Positions 1 through 7,500 of a stretch of 10,287 nucleotides of DNA are shown piece by piece (the first letter of the stretch is position 1; each line of letters opens with the position of its first letter). A model generated the notes under the pieces. It was not told where the DNA came from. It saw nothing but the letters and a program-made list of their open reading frames with translations, and did not search any database. Source of the stretch: a bacterium (GTDB taxonomy: Bacteria; UBA10199; 2-02-FULL-44-16; DYJF01). The stretch spans positions 1 to 10,287 of the forward strand of contig JBGSNL010000073.1 in NCBI GenBank assembly GCA_041739675.1, written 5' to 3'. The position numbers were made by a program, and so were the translations under genes.

Positions 1-651
1 ATTGGCTACCTGCCAGGCATTGAGTTCGTGCGGTCCCTCGGAAGGGTGCCCCATATCGTCGCCGTATCCAAATGAGAGCATCGGCCCAATTTTGATCCCC
101 ACGCTGTTCCATTCGCTCCAGTCGCCGTCATAGGAGACGCTGACTTCTATGGGCAGCTCGAGCTTGAGGTGAGGGAAGCGCCCGAAGGTCAGCTCGAATC
201 CCGGACTCATCGTCTCGCTCATCGTGAAGATGTACTTGTTTGTGGGGTCGGATGAAAAAACTTCGCCGCCTATCGTGCGGTCGGGTATCTGATTTTCGAC
301 ACTCGTCACGCCTAAAGAGGAATAAGATGAATAAAGGAGCGCGCCCCATCTTTCGCCGTCGTCATTGTAAAACGAGTGGATGCGTTCTGTGCTCCCCATG
401 CCGACCATGCCGCTGATCTCGGTGAAATCCGTGTACGTGCCTTCGACATCGGTATTGGCGAATATCTTTCCCTGCGACTCCGCGTATGATACGTCGACGC
501 AAATGGAATAGGAATTTTCGGGATCGGTGAAGGCGACAAAGCAGCCCTCTCCTGCATGGGAGATGCCGTCGCCGCGCATCGCCGTGAAGTTAAGAGGGAA
601 GGAGAGCCTGTAGCCGCCCCAGAAACCATATTGATAATCAGAGTCGCCCAT
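1..651 (-). CDS. Hypothetical protein, 3'-truncated by the window edge (217+ aa); beta-strand-rich, possibly outer-membrane beta-barrel-like
   Basis: Hand translation from ATG at 651..649 is open to position 1: MGDSDYQYGFWGGYRLSFPLNFTAMRGDGISHAGEGCFVAFTDPENSYSICVDVSYAESQGK...PGFELTFGRFPHLKLELPIEVSVSYDGDWSEWNSVGIKIGPMLSFGYGDDMGHPSEGPHELNAWQVAN. It is probably missing from the ORF track because it has no stop in the window. The ATG lies 1 nt after the upstream gene's TAA (653..655), with GGAG at 659..656. An in-frame TAA at 663..661 makes 651 the first possible start. Confidence 0.85.
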   Translation of the reverse strand, partial: MGDSDYQYGFWGGYRLSFPLNFTAMRGDGISHAGEGCFVAFTDPENSYSICVDVSYAESQGKIFANTDVEGTYTDFTEISGMVGMGSTERIHSFYNDDGERWGALLYSSYSSLGVTSVENQIPDRTIGGEVFSSDPTNKYIFTMSETMSPGFELTFGRFPHLKLELPIEVSVSYDGDWSEWNSVGIKIGPMLSFGYGDDMGHPSEGPHELNAWQVAN

Positions 652-652
652 T

Positions 653-3600
653 TTACTCCATTATCGAGAGCTGGCTTGCCGCGTCGCGATCGTTGAATTT
701 CGTGTCGTAGCAGTGCGATCCCTCGAAGTCGGCTTCGTCTCCCAACGGATTGCAAACCCAGCCGTTCAAGACGACGAACATCATGATGTCCTTGAATGCG
801 AACGTTAAGTCGTCCGACGATCCGAAGTTTGCGGCCGCGATAAATGAAATGATTCCGGTTTCGTGATTGAGCTTCCTGCCGTGCAAAAACGCCGAGCCGC
901 CGGTGAAGTCGTTGTCTGATTCGGGGCATCCGGCCGGCATGGTTCCCGCTTCGTCTTTTGACAAAAGCGGCGCCAGATATTTCCACGTGCTGTATCTCTT
1001 TCCGCCGATGACGCGGTTATTCGTGTTCTTGTCGCAGACCGCGGGCGTGGGAAGCGTTGGATCGGTCAGGTTTATCTTGTAGGTCTGGTGCGTGATGTCG
1101 ATCCGCGTGTCCGGCAGCGTATTGAGATCGTCCGGGCCCGACTGTGGCTTCAACGTGTCGGTCGTGAAACCCATGTGAAACAAGACGTCGAGCGGAGGGA
1201 CAGGGCCCAAAGGTCCGCCGGGGTTGTGGAAATATGTGGGTCCGAAGAAGCGGAAGCCCACGTTTTCAAATGTTATCGATCCGGCAAGCGTGTAGTGGCC
1301 CGTGTCGATATCCAGAAGATTCTGCGGCTGGCCGATCTGGCTGCAAAGCGGTTTATACTCGCCGCCAGCCATCTCATCGGCTGTGTGGAACGCGGGGCTG
1401 TCGTAGCGGCCGCCCGTCGCGTAGAAGAAGGCACAGGCGCCTTTTTCTCCCGGCGGTACGCCGGCCGACGTGAATTTCCTGAGCGCTTCGGGATCGCAAG
1501 GATTCACGACGAGACATCCCGACGGCTCCTCGAATCTCTGCTCGGGAGGAGCGAGAGGTCCCGGATACGAAAGCGAAGATGTGAAGATGCGCCAGCCGTT
1601 CGATTTCAGATCCGCAGGCACATTCGGGAAATCTTCAAATATGCCGCGGCTACCCTCCGGAAGCGATCCGTCGTGGGCGAGCGCAGCGAAGTCGAAGAGG
1701 AACGGGTCGTCATAGTTCGTCGTCACGGGATGCGTGTCGAGCGCGCGGAAAATTGCGGTGACTCCGTCTCCGGGTGTGGTCAAAACTTTTTTACCCGACA
1801 CATCCTTGATCGTTTCTTCATCGAACGGATCGAGGATAAAGGCGCCTACAAAAACGTTATAGTCAGTTTCTTCGGGATGCCCCATAAGCGGCTTTTCGTC
1901 TCTGGACGCGATGGCGGACAGGCCCGGGAACTGGGGATGCAGTATGGCGGCCGTCGTCTGCGTTACGCGCAGCACAACTTTGCCGGTAATGGGATTTATC
2001 GCGGCCAAAAGAACGCCCTTGAGTTCCGTCTGTCTGTAGCTGCCGTCCGGGTTCTTGACGGGGTTGTTGCTCGCGTCGAGCTGCTGTGCGGTTATCACCA
2101 CATTTGCCGAGAAGAGCCTCTTTTTCGACGCATCGCCGCCCGTGCCCTCCGCGTCGCGATGGAAATTGACGCAGCCGAAGAGCGGCATTGTATCCGTTGA
2201 ATATGCTCCCGGCGCAAGATCGAATCCGCGGCTGCCAAGCGATACCGGGCTCAAGTCAAATATCTCGTTTGTCATCTGCCCCGTCGAGGGGTCCAGTATC
2301 GGAACCGAACAGCGTTTCCCTCTGCCCGTTGCGGGACTTCTCGATTTTATTTTATCGGCGGTGTCGAGCCACTCGAAGAAGCTCGAATCGTCGCCGTCGA
2401 TTTTTATCGATACGACGCGCATGGAAGACGATGCAGTGTCAGAGAGTTTTATGAACATGGGCACCGCGCTGTCGGTCGTCTCCGCCGTCACGTCGCGGAA
2501 CGAGAATGTTTTTCCGTTCTCAACTTTTTTGACGCCGGTCGACGTCTTGAAGTAGAGCTCGAGCATCGGTATTTCGAGGATCGTCGTCTCGCCTGTGACC
2601 TCCGCCGTGAATATTCCCTGATCGGTTTCGATCTTGAGCGTCGCCTTATCTTTGACAAGACTTCCCACTCCGGCTTGCGCCCCGTCGAAACCTATGAGGT
2701 CGGTCGGCTGATAGGTTGTTATGATGTAGGCCGTTCTCTCCTGATATCCCGGCTGATAGGGCGGAAGCGTGAAAGGCAGCATGGCCGGCGAGCCCTTTCC
2801 CACGTCTTCAAAATGATCCGTCACGTATATAGCGTTCGCCTCGATTGAGAACTGACCCTTCGAACGGCTTCCCGCCAACTCTTCAAGCTTTATGGAATTG
2901 ACCGTCAGATTGACCACACCCATATTTCGCAGGGCCACGATTTTTTTGCCAGCGCCGATTGCGGAAGCGCCCCTGAGATCTATCGCCATACTAGGCGATG
3001 CGTCCGGCTCGAGAAGATTGCATGAGGCGTCAACCGCGCCGATGGGTTTTCCGGAAGTCGAGACGGAAAAAAGTCTGCAATCGGGATTGGAGCGATCCGT
3101 GCACGGTTTGCAATTTTTAAAGGAATCGGTCTCGCCGCACGTTATGGTTTCGCACTGAAAATATTCCTTGATCGAGTTGGCGGGCATTGCGAGCGGTCCC
3201 ACCTCGACGCCGTCCACGTCAGGTTGAGCAAGCGTGCCGTCGTCGGCCACGACTGAGATCGTCGTGTCGCCCGATTTTGATTTCGCAACTCCTACGAGCT
3301 TGAACGCGTCGGTTCCTATAACGAGAGGTTCTATCATCTCGCCGGCCGTAGCGTTCGCAGCGGTGGGGCGGAAGACGACGTCGATCGTCATTATCTGCTG
3401 AGGTGAAAGCGTTTTCGAAAGCGCGTCCATGGAGCTTACGAAAAACGGGCCCGCACTCGACGGGATGGCTAACCCGATCTCCTTTGAGCTCGTGTTCTTC
3501 AATCTGAATTTTGCACCCGCTTCAAAACGCGGCCCGATGTCGGAAGATCCCTCGGCGATGAACGTCCCGGATGAAACCTCCATGCGGTTGCCGCCGGGGA

Positions 3601-4372
3601 GATCCTCCTCGGACTGTCCGCCGTTCTCGTCCACATAGATTTTTTTGATCTCTATGGAAGTGGGCCCGCCGGTTCCGGAGCAAGAGTCCAGTGTCGGCGA
3701 TATCGAACCTGAAAACGTAGCCTGAAGCGAAGCGCCCATTAGGGCCTCGTCGGCGGCGTCAAAAAGATGGCCCACTATGGTGCCCATGACCAGGGTCATG
3801 GCTCCCGATGCGTCGGGTGTCTTTCCGGAAATTGCGGGAAGATCGGGCAGTTCGTCGGTGGAACCGGTCGTCAGCTTGAGCCCCGGAAGCTCGCCGACCA
3901 TCCCAAGCGCGTCGATGAAGAACGAAAAATTTTCTATCGTTATGTTTCCCGCCGCATCGACTGTTCCCTTGCCAATGTTCGTGTCGCCCGTTCCGCTTCC
4001 CTTAGCGTTTATGGTGATGGGTGCAGGCAGCCCGTGTCCTTCGACTTTGACGTCGGGGAACTCGCTTCCTATCAGCGACGCTTCGGTGCCCGATATGTGG
4101 ATGGGGAATGGCGAGACCTCGACGCAGAGCGGTTCGGCCGAATCCATTCCGGCCTCGATGTTGTCGCCCTTGATCACCACGCACAGCTGGGAGGTGAAAG
4201 AGATCGTGCACGACAACGCCGCTGCGTTGTCGTCAGGTTCCCCACCCGCGGGGTTCTCGTCGGGAGACGGAAAATAGACGGGCGTCCAATCCGCTGCGCA
4301 TGCCGCCAGAATTAGAGAGCATGCGGCAAGATAGGCGCCAACCATGGCCTTTTTTAGCCGGTTTTTCTTCAT
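653..4372 (-). CDS. Large predicted lipoprotein (~1239 aa) with about three ASH/choice-of-anchor-D Ig-like domains and a Cys-rich insert
   Basis: Long ORF from the track, with the start moved from 4465 to 4372. MKKNRLKKAMVGAYLAACSLILAAC is a basic N-region, a hydrophobic stretch and an LAAC lipobox (Cys at 4321..4319 or 4300..4298), followed by a Pro/acidic tether. ASH-like signatures: FRLKNTSSKEI...PFFV...TLSPQQIMTIDVVFRPT (~3281..3523); VALRNMGVVNLTVNSIKL...QFSI...PFTLPP...YQPT...ATLKIETD...VTGE (~2586..2953); and a weaker FSFRDV...MRVVSIKIDGDDSSFF...LAPG (~2005..2512). Confidence 0.85.
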   Translation of the reverse strand: MKKNRLKKAMVGAYLAACSLILAACAADWTPVYFPSPDENPAGGEPDDNAAALSCTISFTSQLCVVIKGDNIEAGMDSAEPLCVEVSPFPIHISGTEASLIGSEFPDVKVEGHGLPAPITINAKGSGTGDTNIGKGTVDAAGNITIENFSFFIDALGMVGELPGLKLTTGSTDELPDLPAISGKTPDASGAMTLVMGTIVGHLFDAADEALMGASLQATFSGSISPTLDSCSGTGGPTSIEIKKIYVDENGGQSEEDLPGGNRMEVSSGTFIAEGSSDIGPRFEAGAKFRLKNTSSKEIGLAIPSSAGPFFVSSMDALSKTLSPQQIMTIDVVFRPTAANATAGEMIEPLVIGTDAFKLVGVAKSKSGDTTISVVADDGTLAQPDVDGVEVGPLAMPANSIKEYFQCETITCGETDSFKNCKPCTDRSNPDCRLFSVSTSGKPIGAVDASCNLLEPDASPSMAIDLRGASAIGAGKKIVALRNMGVVNLTVNSIKLEELAGSRSKGQFSIEANAIYVTDHFEDVGKGSPAMLPFTLPPYQPGYQERTAYIITTYQPTDLIGFDGAQAGVGSLVKDKATLKIETDQGIFTAEVTGETTILEIPMLELYFKTSTGVKKVENGKTFSFRDVTAETTDSAVPMFIKLSDTASSSMRVVSIKIDGDDSSFFEWLDTADKIKSRSPATGRGKRCSVPILDPSTGQMTNEIFDLSPVSLGSRGFDLAPGAYSTDTMPLFGCVNFHRDAEGTGGDASKKRLFSANVVITAQQLDASNNPVKNPDGSYRQTELKGVLLAAINPITGKVVLRVTQTTAAILHPQFPGLSAIASRDEKPLMGHPEETDYNVFVGAFILDPFDEETIKDVSGKKVLTTPGDGVTAIFRALDTHPVTTNYDDPFLFDFAALAHDGSLPEGSRGIFEDFPNVPADLKSNGWRIFTSSLSYPGPLAPPEQRFEEPSGCLVVNPCDPEALRKFTSAGVPPGEKGACAFFYATGGRYDSPAFHTADEMAGGEYKPLCSQIGQPQNLLDIDTGHYTLAGSITFENVGFRFFGPTYFHNPGGPLGPVPPLDVLFHMGFTTDTLKPQSGPDDLNTLPDTRIDITHQTYKINLTDPTLPTPAVCDKNTNNRVIGGKRYSTWKYLAPLLSKDEAGTMPAGCPESDNDFTGGSAFLHGRKLNHETGIISFIAAANFGSSDDLTFAFKDIMMFVVLNGWVCNPLGDEADFEGSHCYDTKFNDRDAASQLSIME

Positions 4373-4389
4373 ATGATCTGTCGCGGGGT

Positions 4390-4418
4390 TTATCGGCATG
4401 TGGGCCAAAAAGTTGCGT
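4390..4418 (-). promoter_or_regulatory. Putative sigma28 (FliA/WhiG)-type promoter for the lipoprotein gene: GCAACTTT-N11-GCCGATAA
   Basis: The minus strand reads ACGCAACTTT-TTGGCCCACAT-GCCGATAA. The -10 (4397..4390) matches the sigma28 consensus GCCGATAA exactly. The 11-nt spacer matches TAAAGTTT-N11-GCCGATAA. The -35 (4416..4409) keeps xxAAxTTT. The -10 ends 17 nt upstream of the ATG at 4372. Confidence 0.7.
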
Positions 4419-4459
4419 ATTATTAAAAAAGTCGCAATACGCGATGCCCCAGCCGGATG

Positions 4460-4475
4460 CGTCAATTATTTGACG
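4460..4475. promoter_or_regulatory. Perfect 6-4-6 inverted repeat CGTCAA-TTAT-TTGACG; candidate transcription-factor site
   Basis: Read directly from the sequence. Its centre (4467/4468) is near the midpoint (4473) between the two divergent start codons. Confidence 0.45.
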
Positions 4476-4531
4476 TGCCGTGCCTTTACCGTCCTGCCCG
4501 AAATGGTGTTTCCTCGCCCCATAATAATTTC

Positions 4532-4560
4532 ACGCAACTTTTCCTGGGTATGGACGAAAA
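4532..4560 (+). promoter_or_regulatory. Putative sigma28-type promoter for the TULIP-like gene: GCAACTTT-N11-GACGAAAA
   Basis: The plus strand reads ACGCAACTTT-TCCTGGGTATG-GACGAAAA. It shares the 11-mer ACGCAACTTTT and the 11-nt spacer with the leftward promoter. The -10 (4553..4560) matches GCCGATAA at 6 of 8 positions and ends 13 nt upstream of the ATG at 4574. Confidence 0.6.
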
Positions 4561-4573
4561 AGGTGGGCAATAT

Positions 4574-7500
4574 ATGAAGAGACTTTATTTCATTATCCTT
4601 TTTGCTGCTTGCCTCTTTGCAGCCCCTGTTGCGCACGCGGGCCCGCCCGCATCGCCCGCGAGCGTGCTCGCGTGGCGGGCGGGTATATATAATGATGTGA
4701 AATCCGCCGTTGTCCGCTCCATGGGAAGCCTTGGAAACTGGTGGATGTCCAAGAGCGTCGATTCTCCTCCGGTGTCAGACGATCCTGCCGAAGACGGCGC
4801 CGATGTCCCCGCTGAGGAGACCGAGCCCACGGTTACGACTCCCGCCGGTATGTGTCAGGTGGCCCAGCAGCCGCCCGTCATCGTGTGCGAGGAGGGTTCG
4901 GGGTTCTTGTGCGTTAATACGCCCGAAGCCGGCGTTTCCGGAAATCAGGTCATCATAAAGGGGACAATAGACCGCACGGGGTCGATTCCGGCCTCTATCT
5001 CCGTGAGCGTGCAGCACGAGTACACGAAAAAGACATCGAACATCGACACAACGAATCCGGAGACTTCCGATTGCTGGAACTCCGCTCTCAGCTCAAGATC
5101 CTTCTGCCTGGACGAGAAGGGATTCTACGCCGCAAAAGTTTCGTTGGATGAGCTGGGGCCGTATACGGTTGCGATCTCCGCCACAAGGCTCGTGGGCAGT
5201 TCCGTCACGCAGACGGTCCGCACAAGCCGTGTGAAAGCGCTTGAGATGAAAGACGATCAGGTGAGCTTCGATCCCGATGTCCGCACGGTTGCGGCAGTCG
5301 AGGGTTCGCACGTGAGCGTAACGGTCTCGCTTTTGGGCGATTGTCAGCACTGCGATTTCATCGGGGCGTCCACGTCGGGCGTCATCGTTACGGTCGAAAA
5401 TCTCATGACCGATTCGAAGGGCAATACGAGCCGCATAGGTTGCATCACGAACGTTGAGCAGGGCGGACAGGGCAAGTTTGTCGTCGGTGTTCCGGCGGGG
5501 ACGGGATCGAACGAACTCACGGTCACCGCGTGCAACGCCGCGACCGAAGGTTCGTGTCCAAGCGTGGGAAATATAAAATTCACGGGCAGCGGTGGCATCG
5601 GAGAAATTGAAATACTGAGTCCGCCTCCGCGGCCGTCATATTCGAAGTCGGATTACCAGAAGATTCCGTTCCAATTCAAAATAAACGGAATGGAAGCCGG
5701 CGCGTGCGTCGACGTGACGTTCAACCGGCAGCCGCCCCTTGAGATCTGCCAGTCGGCGGACGGCACTTTCCGGATGGATCTTGCACCGCAGGCGGGAATA
5801 AACGTCGTCACGATAGACGACGATGAGAAGGGCGTTCACATCCCGTGGGCATTCGGCTGGGGAACGATCGACTCCCCGTTCGGAAATGGAAGCGAAGTGA
5901 AAGACGGCCTGACGTCCGCTTCCGCCGTCCAACTTGCCCTGCCCAAGAAGACCTTCACCGATCTCATGGGTCCGTTCATCTCCAATATTTTGATATCCGA
6001 CGAACTCGCCGGGTTCATATCGAAGATCGGTCAGGATTCGAGCGCTGAAGAGACATCGGCGAACGATACGCAGGATGTGGAGATTCCGAAGTGCGACAGC
6101 GGGTCGACGGGCTCTCTGGAGATTAGTAATATCCGTGAGCCGAAGATCGAAAAAGCAAGGATCGAAGGGATTTCTTTCGAGAGCAACGCGATGCGCGCAA
6201 GCGTCAACGCGGACAATGTCGAAGTGAAACTGGATTTGGTTGCAAGCGGGAACAAGATTCCGCTCAAGATTTCATTCCGCAAGGTTGTGGCCGATCTGAT
6301 GCTGAAGGCGGAAGGGGACGGACTCATTTTGCTCACGAGCCCCCACACCGACTGTGATTTCAAAAGCGAAAGATATTGCAAGGGCACACCCGCGGTTCTC
6401 ATCCCGCAGAATTTTCTGGGTAACGCGACACAGTTTGCAGGCATCGTGAAGTGCGATACGGCGGGTGCGGACGTTTCGGAAGAGGTGCGCGACTTTTGCG
6501 GCGCGTTCAATTCGCTTAACGCGCAGACCGGCCTCATGAATGAAAAGGTCCTCGACGCGATCAACTCCGCGATCTATTGCGGCGGCTCGAAAGCTCTCAC
6601 CGGTCTTTCCCTCAACGGGATAAGACAAAAGATCGATATCTCGCTCGGCGACGCGTTCGGTTCGTTTTCCCTTCCCGTGGGAGCCACACTCGGCGGTATA
6701 AAAATCGATGAGAAGGGGATGCGTTTGATTCTGGGCTTGATCGCGGGCGACCGCAAATTGTTTTCCGATATGCCCGCAGAGCTCAAGATTCCCTCGGTCG
6801 GCGTCGTGTATGACAAGGCTGCAAGATTTTCGAATTCATGGGACGGCGGGGACGCTGACATTTTCCTCGCACTTGCTGTGGACGCGCTCAACCGTCTTCT
6901 GTTTTCACTCACCGCTCCTGAGAAGGGAATTTTCGATCTCGATATTTCGGAGGTCTTTTTCAAACGCGCCGGATTCGATTTCGTCGCGACCTGCGACGCC
7001 TTCATCGAAAGCGGAGGGTCGAGTGCCGAGTCGTACTCGCCACTTTGCAACATAAGGCCCCGTGTCTCGGAACTCTTGGGGACGCCTCTCACGAAGTACG
7101 GCTATTTCGGAGCGAAGCACCCCATGCTCATCCGCATCAGGGGCAATCGTGCGCTGCCGCCGCACATCTCCATCGTGAACGAAGACGAGATACCGGTCGT
7201 GACGCTCTCGGAAGAGAGCGCAAGTTCGGGGAGCGGCGACCTGGGGGGAAATCTTCTGGACGTCCAGATCGGCGGCTTTGTGATGTCGTTCTACGCGCTT
7301 GAAGTGGACGGGGCCGTTTCGCCCGATGAGTACGGCAATCTCCCTGTGAAGCTGGACTCAGACGGAAATCCCGTTATTCACTCGATGAGGCCCGAAGATA
7401 CCGATCCGTCTCACGGCCAGATAGCGAGCTTCGAGCTCACGCTGCTTTTGGCTGTCGAGATAGGAAGTTTTGAAACCGATCCCGAAGACCCGTCGCAGTT

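Noticed and set aside
649..663. +1 frameshift or sequencing error fusing the lipoprotein to the downstream barrel-like frame (autotransporter-like)
   Set aside because: There is no clear slippery site or stimulatory structure, and the downstream frame has its own ATG and GGAG. Reconsider only if homologs are fused.
128..986. Track ORFs 128..349 (-) and 312..986 (-)
   Set aside because: They are out-of-frame overlaps of the 651..1 frame and the lipoprotein gene, with Arg-rich, non-protein-like composition.
3101..3112. CKPC as a heme c or thioredoxin motif
   Set aside because: It is followed by Thr rather than His, and there is no thioredoxin-fold context.
867..4315. ORFs nested in the lipoprotein gene, including 1088..2200 (+, 370 aa)
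   Set aside because: These are shadow ORFs expected in GC-rich coding DNA, with no recognisable motifs.
4408..4542. 11-bp inverted repeat as MITE/IS ends or an invertible switch
   Set aside because: There is no transposase or recombinase in the window and no target-site duplication was seen. Both copies are better explained as promoter elements with correctly spaced -10 boxes.
4373..4573. Track starts at 4465 (-) and 4457 (+)
   Set aside because: They would make the genes overlap head-to-head, bury both signal peptides and cover the promoter motifs. Starts at 4372 and 4574 fit better.
4601..4612. FAAC as a lipobox in the plus-strand protein
   Set aside because: The Cys is at residue 13, inside the hydrophobic core, and a clear AHA/G signal peptidase I site follows.
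5342..5356. CQHCD as a heme c attachment site
   Set aside because: It is not CxxCH because the His is internal; a disulfide is more likely.
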